NCBI GenBank assembly: GCA_002269645.1
Contig: NIVC01002479.1
Span: 1 to 64,000, forward strand
Origin: Macrostomum lignano
Lineage: Eukaryota
Reading direction: 5' to 3'
DNA length: 64,000 nt
Shown here: positions 12,239 through 25,965 of the stretch, in pieces
How the letters are laid out: each line of letters starts with the position of its first letter
Numbering within the stretch: position 1 is the stretch's first letter
The notes under the pieces: generated by a model
What the model was told of the DNA's origin: nothing
The model's input: the letters and a program-made list of their open reading frames with translations, nothing else
Database searches by the model: none
Program-made: the position numbers and the translations under genes

Positions 12239-13301
12239 AGCCAGCTATTAGAACTTTACTGCAGCGAGAATTATTTATTAGAATTATTCATAATTTAGCA
12301 TTAAAAATGGCAAAACCGCCCTCACAAGAGCAGCCACATTCAATGCACTGTTAGTCCCAGGCCTCCTTTCTTCATTGCTGTCATGATCCCAGCAGGTGGC
12401 CTGCTATCCAAATTAACGGGGCGCCTTAACTGATGCCATCTCCCTTCCATTCCTGTAACGGTGATTGACAGTACAATGAATTGCACCTGCCAAGGTACTG
12501 CGCACTGTTTGGTATATCTCATATTGATCGATTGAGGCAGGCGGTCTCAAGAACCAATTGAACGATCGCGCCTCCTCCCTCTTTTAGGCAATATCGGTTG
12601 CCAACACGTTTTTGCCCGATAATTGCTGGCCGGATGAACAGGCCGCTGACAAGAGGGGGAGGGAATATCGAATTTCACAGGCGGGAACAGACTGGCAGAG
12701 CGGGTAGGCAGGTGCGAGACGAACTTTCTATTCAGTTCGGCAGAGCTGCAGAATCACTGGCAGAAAGTGATGACGCCAGCTGCATTCTTCATAAGCTAAT
12801 GAGCCGACTTGCTTCTCACCGGGCCGTCCCCACTCTCTCTTTCTCTACAGAGCGCAGGCGCCATGTTTCTGCATGCCTGGACAAATCCCCCATCCTCATG
12901 AGGCAGCTCTGAACGCCTGCCCAGCCTGAGCAGCATTCATTGTCTTCTTCAGCGGGTAAGTCAACTTTCCCAATGACTTTCCAGCACTCTGTGTTTCCCT
13001 TCCTCGCTCCCTCCAGTTTGTTCCACTTTTTCTTCTCTCATCTGTTTTGTCTCCCTATTGGCCCGGCCGGCTGCCCTGCTAGGAGCAGCAATGGTGGAAG
13101 CTGCCGCCCCTGCCGAGACAGTTCCGTCAGCAACCCCATCCCCTTTTGCCTTCCCAGACTCCTCTCTCCTCGTCTGCAAATTTAAAGAGCAAGCAAAAAC
13201 TCACTCGCTCTTCTGAGAGTCTTGAACTTGCCATTCGACAGCTGGAATGATAAACAAGCCAGTCAGTTTGGCTGCTCAAGTTGGCTTGAATTGAACGAAC
13301 A

Positions 13302-16300
13302 ATGGACGAGCACGGCCCGCCCACGGACCTGGCCTCCATGCTGGGCCGCTACAGCTTCGACTTCGACGAATCTGACGAAGGCACCTTTTCCACCATACCC
13401 AGGAAGGCTCCGTCGTCGTCTTCTGGGCCGCCGCCGCCGCCGCCGCCGCCCCCGAGGCTGCCCCTGACGCTGACGATGCCCAGGTCGGCCGCTGCGGCTG
13501 CTGCGGCGGCGGCAGCGGCTGCGGCAGCCGAGGCGGCGACGACACCCTCCCGCAATCAGCGCCAACGCCAGCAACAGCAAAGCCAGCCTCCGCAGCAGCA
13601 GCATCAGCAGCAACATCAACATCAGCAGCAGCAGCCACAGCGTCAGCAGCAGCGCTGCCGCAGGAAAGTCTCAGTCACCTACCACAGGCTGGTGCTGACT
13701 CCGTTCTCCTTGAAATTCCTGCACCGCTCGCCGCCAGTCAAATCTCTGTGGGTTGTGGCCTTCGTGCTCTGCTCAGCAGTCAGCGGCTTTCATTTCTGGC
13801 GCCTGCTCGAAGCCTTTAACGCCGGCCACACTGTCCTGGCCAGAGGTCGGGCTCGGCCGTTTGTCTTCCCCGACGTGACTGTCTGTCCGCCAAGCGCATT
13901 CTTTCGTCGCGACGTCGGTAAGCCGGACGTCTTCCCCGACAGCAATCGGACGTTTGGCTACGACGTGCTGATCAACTCTGCGCCCGCCCTGTGGCGCTAC
14001 GTGCTGTACGGCAACATGTCGCACCTGGGGCTGTCGCAGGCTCAGCGCGAGTACGCGTCCCGGCTGGCTCTGCAGAGCATCTTCCGGCACTACATCAACT
14101 CGAGCGCGGTGCTCCGCCCGCTGGACATGATAGCCTACTGCAGCTACCAGGGCCAGCTGTGCTCCATGGACCAGTTCTCCGTGTTCTTCCACCCCGCCCA
14201 CGGCTCGTGCGCCACTTTTCATCCGCCGACTAGGATTGTTCAGCCCGTGCCGCTGGACCACGAGACACCGGGCCTGGTGATGCAGCTGCACACCCTCAGC
14301 CCCAGGGACTGGCTGCTCACGGCCGATCCGCAGGTGCGAGCATTGCCATCCCTCATTCTCATTAGCTTTCATTAGCTGCGTATTAGGTCTTAGTTAAAAA
14401 TAGACCCCCGTGGTGCCAACAAAATGTCCACAATGACTCTCAATTGGCACCAAAATGTTCTCAGTGACTCTCAATAGGCGCCAAAATGTCCTCAGTGACT
14501 CTCAATTGGCGCCAAAATGTTCTCAGTGACTCTCAATTGGCGCAAAAATGTCCTCAGTGACTCTCAAATGGCACCAAAATGTCCTCAGTGACTCTCAAAT
14601 GGCACCAAAATGTTCTCAGTGACTCTCAGTTGGCGCCAAAATGTTCTCAGTGACTCTCAATAGGCGCCAAAATATCTTCAGTGACTCTCAAATGGCGCCA
14701 AAATATCTTCAGTGACACTCAAATGGCGCCAAAATATACTGAGTGACTCTCAATAGGCGCCAAAATGTCCTCAGTGACTCTCAATAGGCGCCAAAATGTC
14801 CTCAGTGACTCTTAATAGACGCCAAAATATCCTCAGTGACTCTCAATTGGCGCCAAAATGTCCTCAGTGACTCTCAATTAGCGCCAGAATGTTCTCAGCT
14901 ACTCTACGAGCCGCACACTCGTAGTGGCGCCAAATGTTTGTCAAAAGGATCAATCTTGTAGAAAAGGGCAACCACCCGAATCTCCCGTTAATTTCAACTG
15001 TTGCCAGCTGATTTATTGTGCTTTCATTCTATCCAGTATAAAAAGCAATTTTCACTTGGAATGAGTTTTTAAAAGCTAATCCGACTCAATACTGACAAAT
15101 ATACGCTCGTATGCATAATCTTACAGAGCTCTGCTTGTTTGTAGATTTTAATCCTTAAGCCAAAAAATGACAAGGCAAAATGGATCCAGCGGTTGACGTC
15201 AAAGTGTCTGCAGCCATATCTGTATAGGGCCCTATTTGAAATCAAATTACATTGGTTGAATTCTGAACAGACTGACTACCGTCTGACAGCTCTATGGATA
15301 ATGAGTCAGTTCTATGATAAGAGGTTGACAGGACTCTAGCCCTGCAATCTGACCCACACTTTGACCCACACTCTGACACACACTCTGACCCATACTCCAA
15401 CCCACACTCTGACCCGCACTCTGACCCGCACTCTGACCCACACTGACCCGCACTCTGACCCACACTCTGACCCACACTCTGACCCGCACTCTGACCCACA
15501 CTCTGACCCACACTCTGACTCACACTCTGACCCACTCTGACCAATACTCTGATCCATACTCGACCCACACTCTGACCCACTCTGACCAATACTCTGATCC
15601 ATACTCGACCCACATTCTGACCCACACTCTGACCCATACTCCGACCCACACTCTGACCCGCACTCTGACCCGCACTCTGACCCAAACTCTGACCCGCACT
15701 CTGACCCGCACTCTGACCCACCCGCAGTCGAGCATGACTCACCGGCACAGCTACTCTGTGACGCTGCACCCGCCCATGTCCTGGCCAACATTCGACCGGG
15801 TGGCTCACGTGACCAGCGGCCGGGTGACCAGCCTGCGGGTCGGCATGCGCCAAGTGTGGCGCTCCGGCTTGGACGGCGACAATATTTTTGCGTCGTCCAA
15901 CGGCTCATCAAGCGCCGTGTACTGCTTCGGCGGCCAGAGCCGCTGGTGCCGACGCTACGCCAGCCGGAGGGCCGACCGTCTGCTGGGCGTTCGCCAGACC
16001 GACCTCCTGGCTGACTGCGGCTGTCTCAGCGACGCCCTGCCGGTGACCGCCGCCCAGGCCGGCCTGCCGCCCTGCGTAGGCATCCGGGAGCCGATCCTGC
16101 TGCTGTTCGATCCCCGGACAGTCAGCCACCTGGGCAAATACCTGTACGTGAGGGCGCCGGGCGGCGAGATGCGCTGGATCGAGGACACCGCAGGCTACGC
16201 CTCGTTCAAGCGGGCCGCCGGCTGCTTCCTGCGAAGGCCGCCGGTGCGGCTGGACGCCGCCGAGCTGGCCAGGGCGCCGGCGGACCCGGTGAGCACCGAG

Positions 16301-17458
16301 TACTCGGCCAGCACCGACTCCGGGCCGTGGTTGAGGTCCACGGACACCCTGCAGGCCGGCTACATCGCCAGGAACATGCGACTGTACCGGGAGTCCGTGT
16401 CCGGGCCCGAAGCGGCCAGACGGAATGTCAGCCTGCCGGTGCAGGACTACCTGCGCCGGATGCAGCAGGTGGAGTTCAGCATCCACGCCTATCAGGTAAC
16501 CCGAAACCGGAACCCGAAACCGGAACCCGAAACCGGAACCCGAAACCGGAACCCGAAACCGGAACCCGAAACCGGAACCCGAAACCGGAACCCGAAACCG
16601 GAACCCGAAACCGGAACCCGAAACCGGAACCCGAAACCGGAACCCGAAACCGGAACCCGAAACCGGAACCCGAAACCGGAACCCGAAACCGGAACCCGAA
16701 ACCGGAACCCGAAACCGGAACCCGAAACCGGAACCCGAAACCGGAACCCGAAACCGGAACCCGAAACCGGAACCCGAAACCGGAACCCGAAACCGGAACC
16801 CGAAACCGGAACCCGAAACCGGAACCCGAAACCGGAACCCGAAACCGGAACCCGAAACCGGAACCCGAAACCGGAACCCGAAACCGGAACCCGAAACCGG
16901 AACCCGAAACCGGAACCCGAAACCGGAACCCGAAACCGGAACCCGAAACCGGAACCCGAAACCGGAACCCGAAACCGGAACCCGAAACCGGAACCCGAAA
17001 CCGGAACCCGAAACCGGAACCCGAAACCGGAACCCGAAACCGGAACCCGAAACCGGAACCCGAAACCGGAACCCGAAACCGGAACCCGAAACCGGAACCC
17101 GAAACCGGAACCCGAAACCGGAACTTGAACACAAAATACGAAACCCAAAACCCTTCCGAAACCGGCCCCCACCTGGCAGGTGATTCAGCGGCACACCGGC
17201 ATGCTGGAGGTCCGGCCATCGAGCCTGCTGAGCCAGCAGCGGCTGGAGGTGTGGCTCTACCCCCTCAGCCAGTTCCTCGCCGATGCAGGCGGAGCCCTCG
17301 GCCTGCTGCTCGGCGCCTCGCTGGTGACCCTGCTGGAGTCGCTTGACGCCATCTGCCTGTTCCTGTGCAGCACGAGAGGCTTGGACACAGGCCGGCCGTC
17401 GGGTTCGGCAAGTCGGCGAAGAGGCGACAGCGAAGGCGACGATGATGCACCCTGCTGA
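13302..17458 (+). CDS. DEG/ENaC (amiloride-sensitive Na+ channel superfamily) subunit, ~692 aa; join(13302..14333,15728..16495,17180..17458)
   Basis: Two phase-0 GT-AG introns join the frames. Hallmarks: TM1 (SLWVVAFVLCSAVSGFHFW), FPDVTVC, LDMIAYCSYQGQLCSMDQF..HGSCATF, YSVTLHPP..HVTSGRVTSLRV, CGC, and TM2 FLADAGGALGLLLGASLVTLLE with the GAS filter. The N-terminus is polyP/polyA/polyQ. Confidence 0.92.
14405..14900. repeat. 31-bp minisatellite (CAGTGACTCTCAATTGGCGCCAAAATGTCCT) x~16, ENaC intron 1
   Basis: TCAGTGAC recurs at 14461, 14492 and onward. Confidence 0.95.
15343..15722 (+). repeat. 12-bp minisatellite (CTCTGACCCACA) running up to the ENaC intron-1 acceptor
   Basis: Direct reading; ends ...ctctgacccacccgcag at 15727. 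Confidence 0.95.
16498..17123 (+). repeat. 13-bp minisatellite (CCGAAACCGGAAC) x~48 filling ENaC intron 2
   Basis: Near-perfect array starting at the donor GTAACC (16496). Confidence 0.98.
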
Positions 17459-17811
17459 CACTGTGCTGAAGATAGCTTCTTTTGAAACGGAGGACTTATA
17501 GACCAGCTGGTTGCGTTGGATTTGAAGTTTATAAATTGCGAATGCGCTGTTTCACTACTAAATGTGATAACTAAGTTTTTAGGTAGTGTAGTTTCGTGCA
17601 AAAATATTTACAATGTCACTTCCGAAACTATAACTGTTGAAAATATTAAATTTCATTGTTGTATAGTGTCTTGTGGAGCACTATAAAGACAATACGCACT
17701 GTGTCAAACTTTGTTAGCAATCGATTTATTACTTTTCAAGACTGCAAATTGTGGTCGGTTATTCTGTTTGATTTTAAAACTTTTTGTCTTATGTCTCAGT
17801 ATCAGTCCCTC

Positions 17812-18575
17812 TTTAGTGAAGTCACTCTATGGTTCAGTCACTCTATGGTTCAGTCACTCTATGGTTCAGTCACTCTTTAGTTCAGTCACTCTATGGTTCA
17901 GTCACTCTATGATTCAGTCACTATATGGTTCAGTCACTCTATGGTTCAGTCACTCTATGGTTCAGTCACTCTATGGTTCAGTCACTCTATGGTTCAGTCA
18001 CTCTATGGTTCAGTCACTCTTTAGTTCAGTCACTCTATGGTTCAGTCACTCTATGGTTCAGTCACTATATGGTTCAGTCACTCTTTAGTTCAGTCACTCT
18101 ATGGTTCAGTCACTCTATGGTTCAGTCACTCTATGGTTCAGTCACTCTATGGTTCAGTCACTCTATGGTTCAGTCACTCTATGGTTCAGTCACTCTTTAG
18201 TTCAGTCACTCTTTAGTTCAGTCACTCTATGGTTCAGTCACTCTATGGTTCAGTCACTATATGGTTCAGTCACTCTTTAGTTCAGTCACTCTATGGTTCA
18301 GTCACTCTATGGTTCAGTCACTCTATGGTTCAGTCACTCTATGGTTCAGTCACTCTATGGTTCAGTCACTCTATGGTTCAGTCACTCTATGGTTCAGTCA
18401 CTCTATGGTTCAGTCACTCTATGGTTCAGTCACTCTATGGTTCAGTCACTCTGTCTCAGTCACTCTATGGTTCAGTCACTCTGTCTCAGTTACTATATGG
18501 TTCAGTTACTCTATGGCTCAGTCACTCTATGGTTCAGTCACTATAAAGTTCAGTCACTCTTTAGTTCAGTCACTT
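17812..18575. repeat. 16-bp minisatellite (TTCAGTCACTCTATGG), ~47 copies
   Basis: Direct reading. Confidence 0.96.
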
Positions 18576-19184
18576 CGCAGTTCAGAAATAAAGAAATGAA
18601 ACAGTGAGATTTAAAGTAAGATTGCTGCAAAACATCTTCCCGAGTTAGGCTCAAGGCAACGTATAAGGCATAGAAATCAATCAATCATTTTTACCCCAGC
18701 TGTAAATTTCTTATTGAATTTTTATAACAGTTTTGTTCAGAGAAAAAACCAAATAAATCAGTGAAATTCATTGAATAGCTTGATTGAAGGCATATATGAA
18801 GCTCTCCTATTGTGTGCCATTTTCAATAGCCAGAGCTCACGCATTGAAGCCGCTGGCTGACTGCTGAACCAATATTTTCACTGCAGTTTTTCCCAACCAG
18901 GCTTTTATGCAGTGCCCGTCTGAGTCAAAGCTCTGATTGAATTTATGATCAGACATCAAAGTGGCTCCCCGCCGCAAGCCGCAGTTTAATCTGCAAAGAA
19001 TGAGAATTATTTTATTAAAAGCAGTCAATCTGAGAGCGAAAGGAATTTTTGCTGGAACCGTATGAAATTTTTTAAACTATCAATCGTTTATACTTTTATC
19101 CAGGTATAAAAAGGATCTGCCTGATCTAACTCACCTGATTAATTTTAAATGGATTAAGTGCGCCCTGATTATGTACCTAACTTG

Positions 19185-22100
19185 GTTTAACCTAATGTGT
19201 TTGGCGGCGAATCTGTCTTTGTATGTGTGTTTAACATAATGTGTTTGGCACTGAATCTGTGTCTTTGTGTGTGTTTAACATTATGTGTTTGGCACTGAAT
19301 CTGTGTCTTTGTGTGTGTGTTTAACATAATGTGTTTGGCACTGAATCTGTGTCTTTGTGTGTGTGTTTAACATAATGTGTTTGGCACTGAATCTGTGTCT
19401 TTGTGTGTGTGTTTAACATTATGTGTTTGGCACTGAATCTGTGTCTTTGTGTGTGTTTAACATAATGTGTTTGGCGGCGAATCTGTGTCTTTGTGTGTGT
19501 TTAACATAATGTGTTTGACGGTGAATCTGTGTCTTTGTGTGTGTTTAACATAATGTGTTTGGCGGCGAATCTGTCTTTGTGTGTATTTAACATAGTGTTT
19601 TTGGCGGCGAATCTGTGTCTTTGTGTGTGTTTAACATAATGTGTTTGGCGGCGAATCTGTGTCTTTGTGTGTGTTTAACATAATGTGTTTGACGGCGAAT
19701 CTGTGTCTTTGTGTGTATTTAACATAGTGTTTTTGGCGGCGAATCTGTGTCTTTGTGTGTGTTCAACATAATGTGAGTGACACTGAATCTGTGTCTTTGT
19801 GTGTGTTTAACATAATGTGAGTGACACTGAATCTGTGTCTTTGTGTGTGTTTAACATAATGTGTTTGACGGTGAATCTGTGTCTTTGTGTGTGCTTAACA
19901 TAATGTGTTTTACGGTGAATCTGTGTCTTTGTGTGTGTTTAACATGTGTTTGACGGCGAATCTGTGTCTTTGTGTGTGTTTAACATAATGTGTTTGACGG
20001 CGAATCTGTGTCTTTGTGTGTATTTAACATAGTGTTTTTGGCGGCGAATCTGTGTCTTTGTGTGTGTTCAACATAATGTGAGTGACACTGAATCTGTGTC
20101 TTTGTGTGTGTTTAACATAATGTGAGTGACACTGAATCTGTGTCTTTGTGTGTGTTTAACATAATGTGTTTGACGGTGAATCTGTGTCTTTGTGTGTGCT
20201 TAACATAATGTGTTTTACGGTGAATCTGTGTCTTTGTGTGTGTTTAACATGTGTTTGACGGCGAATCTGTGTCTTTGTGTGTATTTAACATAGTGTTTTT
20301 GGCGGCGAATCTGTGTCTTTGTGTGTGTTTAACATAATGTGTTTGACGGTGAATCTGTGTCTTTGTGTGTGTTTAACATAATGTGTTTGGCGGCGAATCT
20401 GTGTCTTTGTGTGTGTTTAACATAATGTGTTTGGTGGCGAATCTGTGTCTTTGTGTGTGTTTAACATAATGTGTTTGGCGGCGAATCTGTGTCCTTGTGT
20501 GTGTTTAACATAATGTGTTTGACGGTGAATCTGTGTCTTTGTGTGTGTTTAACATAATGTGAGTGACACTGAATCTGTGTCTTTGTGTGTGTTTAACATA
20601 ATGTGTTTGACGGTGAATCTGTGTCTTTGTGTGTGTTTAACATAATGTGTTTGACGGTGAATCTGTGTCTTTGTGTGTATTTAACATAGTGTTTTTGGCG
20701 GCGAATCTGTGTCTTTGTGTGTGTTTAACATAATGTGAGTGACACTGAATCTGTGTCTTTGTGTGTGTTTAACATAATGTGTTTGGCGGCGAATCTGTGT
20801 CTTTGTGTGTGTTTAACATAATGTGAGTGACACTGAATCTGTGTCTTTGTGTGTGTTTAACATAATGTGTTTGGCGGCGAATCTGTGTCTTTGTGTGTGT
20901 TTAACATAGTGTTTTTGGCGGCGAATCTGTGTCTTTGTGTGTGTTTAACATAATGTGAGTGACACTGAATCTGTGTCTTTGTGTGTGTTTAACATAATGT
21001 GTTTGGCGGCGAATCTGTGTCTTTGTGTGTGTTTAACATAATGTGAGTGACACTGAATCTGTGTCTTTGTGTGTGTTTAACATAATGTGTTTGGCGGCGA
21101 ATCTGTGTCTTTGTGTGTATTTAACATAGTGTTTTTGGCGGCGAATCTGTGTCTTTGTGTGTGTTTAACATAATGTGTTTGGTGGCGAATCTGTGTCTTT
21201 GTGTGTGTTTAACATAATGTGTTTGGCGGCGAATCTGTGTCTTTGTGTGTATTTAACATAGTGTTTTTGGCGGCGAATCTGTGTCTTTGTGTGTGTTTAA
21301 CATAATGTGTTTGGCGGCGAATCTGTGTCTTTGTGTGTGTTTAACATAATGTGTTTGGCGGCGAATCTGTGTCTTTGTGTGTGTTTAACATAATGTGTTT
21401 GGTGGCGAATCTGTGTCTTTGTGTGTGTTTAACATAATGTGTTTGGTGGCGAATCTGTGTCTTTGTGTGTGTTTAACATAATGTGTTTGGCGGCGAATCT
21501 GTGTCTTTGTGTGTATTTAACATAGTGTTTTTGGCGGCGAATCTGTGTCTTTGTGTGTGTTTAACATAATGTGTTTGGCGGCGAATCTGTGTCTTTGTGT
21601 GTGTTTAACATAATGTGTTTGGCGGCGAATCTGTGTCTTTGTGTGTGTTTAACATGTGTTTGACGGCGAATCTGTGTCTTTGTGTGTGTTTAACATAATG
21701 TGTTTGGCGGCGAATCTGTGTCTTTGTGTGTGTTTAACATAATGTGTTTGGCGGCGAATCTGTGTCTTTGTGTGTGTTTAACATGTGTTTGACGGCGAAT
21801 CTGTGTCTTTGTGTGTGTTTAACATAATGTGTTTGGCGGCGAATCTGTGTCTTTGTGTGTGTTTAACATAATGTGTTTGGCGGCGAATCTGTGTCTTTGT
21901 GTGTGTTTAACATAATGTGTTTGGTGGCGAATCTGTGTCTTTGTGTGTGTTTAACATAATGTGTTTGGTGGCGAATCTGTGTCTTTGTGTGTGTTTAACA
22001 TAATGTGTTTGGCGGCGAATCTGTGTCTTTGTGTGCATTTAACATAGTGTTTTTGGCGGCGAATCTGTGTCTTTGTGTGTGTTTAACATAATGTGTTTGG

Positions 22101-24360
22101 CGGCGAATCTGTGTCTTTGTGTGTATTTAACATAGTGTTTTTGGCGGCGAATCTGTGTCTTTGTGTGTGTTTAACATAATGTGTTTGGCGGCGAATCTGT
22201 GTCTTTGTGTGTGTTTAACATAATGTGTTTGGCGGCGAATCTGTGTCTTTGTGTGTGTTTAACATGTGTTTGACGGCGAATCTGTGTCTTTGTGTGTGTT
22301 TAACATAATGTGTTTGGCGGCGAATCTGTGTCTTTGTGTGTGTTTAACATAATGTGTTTGGCGGCGAATCTGTGTCTTTGTGTGTGTTTAACATGTGTTT
22401 GACGGCGAATCTGTGTCTTTGTGTGTGTTTAACATAATGTGTTTGGCGGCGAATCTGTGTCTTTGTGTGTGTTTAACATAATGTGTTTGACGGCGAATCT
22501 GTGTCTTTGTGTGTATTTAACATAGTGTTTTTGGCGGCGAATCTGTGTCTTTGTGTGTGTTCAACATAATGTGAGTGACACTGAATCTGTGTCTTTGTGT
22601 GTGTTTAACATAATGTGAGTGACACTGAATCTGTGTCTTTGTGTGTGTTTAACATAATGTGTTTGACGGTGAATCTGTGTCTTTGTGTGTGCTTAACATA
22701 ATGTGTTTTACGGTGAATCTGTGTCTTTGTGTGTGTTTAACATGTGTTTGACGGCGAATCTGTGTCTTTGTGTGTATTTAACATAGTGTTTTTGGCGGCG
22801 AATCTGTGTCTTTGTGTGTGTTTAACATAATGTGTTTGACGGTGAATCTGTGTCTTTGTGTGTGTTTAACATAATGTGTTTGGCGGCGAATCTGTGTCTT
22901 TGTGTGTGTTTAACATAATGTGTTTGGTGGCGAATCTGTGTCTTTGTGTGTGTTTAACATAATGTGTTTGGCGGCGAATCTGTGTCCTTGTGTGTGTTTA
23001 ACATAATGTGTTTGACGGTGAATCTGTGTCTTTGTGTGTGTTTAACATAATGTGAGTGACACTGAATCTGTGTCTTTGTGTGTGTTTAACATAATGTGTT
23101 TGACGGTGAATCTGTGTCTTTGTGTGTGTTTAACATAATGTGTTTGACGGTGAATCTGTGTCTTTGTGTGTATTTAACATAGTGTTTTTGGCGGCGAATC
23201 TGTGTCTTTGTGTGTGTTTAACATAATGTGAGTGACACTGAATCTGTGTCTTTGTGTGTGTTTAACATAATGTGTTTGGCGGCGAATCTGTGTCTTTGTG
23301 TGTGTTTAACATAATGTGAGTGACACTGAATCTGTGTCTTTGTGTGTGTTTAACATAATGTGTTTGGCGGCGAATCTGTGTCTTTGTGTGTGTTTAACAT
23401 AGTGTTTTTGGCGGCGAATCTGTGTCTTTGTGTGTGTTTAACATAATGTGAGTGACACTGAATCTGTGTCTTTGTGTGTGTTTAACATAATGTGTTTGGC
23501 GGCGAATCTGTGTCTTTGTGTGTGTTTAACATAATGTGAGTGACACTGAATCTGTGTCTTTGTGTGTGTTTAACATAATGTGTTTGGCGGCGAATCTGTG
23601 TCTTTGTGTGTATTTAACATAGTGTTTTTGGCGGCGAATCTGTGTCTTTGTGTGTGTTTAACATAATGTGTTTGGTGGCGAATCTGTGTCTTTGTGTGTG
23701 TTTAACATAATGTGTTTGGCGGCGAATCTGTGTCTTTGTGTGTATTTAACATAGTGTTTTTGGCGGCGAATCTGTGTCTTTGTGTGTGTTTAACATAATG
23801 TGTTTGGCGGCGAATCTGTGTCTTTGTGTGTGTTTAACATAGTGTTTTTGGCGGCGAATCTGTGTCTTTGTGTGTGTTTAACATAATGTGTTTGGTGGCG
23901 AATCTGTGTCTTTGTGTGTGTTTAACATAATGTGTTTGGTGGCGAATCTGTGTCTTTGTGTGTGTTTAACATAATGTGTTTGGCGGCGAATCTGTGTCTT
24001 TGTGTGTATTTAACATAGTGTTTTTGGCGGCGAATCTGTGTCTTTGTGTGTGTTTAACATAATGTGTTTGGCGGCGAATCTGTGTCTTTGTGTGTGTTTA
24101 ACATAATGTGTTTGGCGGCGAATCTGTGTCTTTGTGTGTGTTTAACATGTGTTTGACGGCGAATCTGTGTCTTTGTGTGTGTTTAACATAATGTGTTTGG
24201 CGGCGAATCTGTGTCTTTGTGTGTGTTTAACATAATGTGTTTGGCGGCGAATCTGTGTCTTTGTGTGTGTTTAACATGTGTTTGACGGCGAATCTGTGTC
24301 TTTGTGTGTGTTTAACATAATGTGTTTGGCGGCGAATCTGTGTCTTTGTGTGTGTATTTT
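19185..24360. repeat. ~44-bp satellite (AACATAATGTGTTTGGCGGCGAATCTGTGTCTTTGTGTGTGTTT), ~115-120 copies with higher-order duplications
   Basis: Direct reading; diagnostic variants recur at 305-bp and ~2,493-bp spacing. Confidence 0.98.
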
Positions 24361-25074
24361 TAACCTAATATGTGTGGCGCCACAGCCACCTGCGCAGACG
24401 GTGAAGTTGGGTTAGAAACTGCCCCTCAGGCTGCCCCTGTCTGCCTGCTCACTCCAGATCTGCATTTGCAGAAATTACTCGACAAGCACAGCAGGGACTC
24501 TCGGGCTGTATATCAGCATTTGGCAGCGGAGACAATGTCTAATTTTGCGTTGAATATTGCATTGAGTCAGAATGATTAATACGATTAATTATCAGCTAAT
24601 TAGGCATGAAAGCGCAATGCCCTCGTAAAGTTACATTTCCTGAAACAATATCCAGCCAATGCAAAGTAGCCAGTTATTTAAGTTGGAAGATGAAGCTCTG
24701 TATGCGTCTGCAGTTGCCTGCCCCTTCGTTGCTTTCAAACTCGGAGTACTTTTGTTCTATCCTAGACTAGCCAGCTTCCTCGCCGCTTCATCAATATAAG
24801 CGCCCGTGCGGTGCTTTTTGTGTATGCCGCCCCCCCTCTGACTCCGTCATCGCGTGCTGAATTTTGGGAGTGGCGAGTTTTTATCCAGCTATCTCGGGAA
24901 ATAAACACTAGCCGTGAGACCAGCAGCTCAATAATGGCTGCTGAGCTGCATCACTTCAGCTGATCTGAGAATGCATTTGAAAAAATTTGTGACTGTACGA
25001 TTCTGGCCTCTGTATAGTGGAGTCTGCTCAAGATGCTTTCTTCATCTGACTGCTCTGTGCCTCCCTTCTTCTCT

Positions 25075-25965
25075 ATCCCTCTCCTCTCCTCCTCTCTCTC
25101 CCTCTCTCCCTCTCTCCCTCTCTCCCTCTCTCCCTCTCTCCCTCTCTCCCTCTCTCCCTCTCTCCCTCTCTCCCTCTCTCCCTCTCTCCCTCTCTCCCTC
25201 TCTCCCTCTCTCCCTCTCTCCCTCTCCCTCTCTCCCTCTCTCCCTCTCTCCCTCTCTCCTCTCTCCTCTCTCCTCTCTCCCTCTCTCCCTCTCTCCCTCT
25301 CTCCCTCTCTCCTCTCTCCCTCTCTCCCTCTCTCCCTCTCTCCCTCTTTACTCTCCTCTCTCTCCCTTCCATCTCTCCCTTCACTCTCTTCCCTCTCTCT
25401 CCCTTCCATCTCTTCCTTCACTCTCTCCCTTCACTATCTCCCTTCACTCTCTCCCTTCACTCTCTTCCTTCTCTCTGTCTTCAATCTCTGTCTTCACTAT
25501 CTGTCTTCACTCTCTGTCTTCACTCTCTCCCTTCACTCTCTCCCTTCACTCTTTCTCTTCTCTCTCCCTTCACTCACTCCCTTTACTCTCTCCCTTCACT
25601 CTCCCTTCACTCACTCCCTTCACTCTCTCCCTTCACTCTCTCCCTTTACTCTCTCCCTTCACTCTCTCCCTTCACTCTCCCTTCACTCACTCCCTTCACT
25701 CACTCCCTTCACTCTCCCTTCACTCACTCCCTTCACTCTCTCCCTTCACTCACTCCCTTCACTCTCTCCCTTCACTCACTCCCTTCACTCTCTCCCTTCA
25801 CTCTCCCTTCACTCACTCCCTTCACTCTCTCCCTTCACTCTCTACCTTTACTCTCTCCCTTCACTCACTCCCTTCACTCTCTCCCTTTACTCTCTCCCTT
25901 TACTCTCTCCCTTCACTCACTCCCTTCACTCTCTCCCTTCACTCACTCCCTTCACTCACTCCCTT
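25075..25965. repeat. polypyrimidine tract: (CTCTCTCC)n then ~13-15-bp CTCCCTTCACTCT units
   Basis: Almost purely C/T (+A) on the + strand. Confidence 0.95.

Noticed and set aside
14903-14925. CTACGAG-loop-CTCGTAG hairpin as a Helitron 3' end
   Set aside because: No following CTRR terminus and no matching 5' end.
15734-17461. Long ORFs with RNRNPKPEPETGT / SGFGFRFRVPV repeats
   Set aside because: Read-through of the 13-bp intronic array; GT-AG splicing restores the channel frame.
19185-24360. CRISPR-like alternation of constant flanks and a variable core
   Set aside because: The variable part is only ~8 bp drawn from a handful of recurring variants. There are no unique spacers or cas genes, and the context is eukaryotic.
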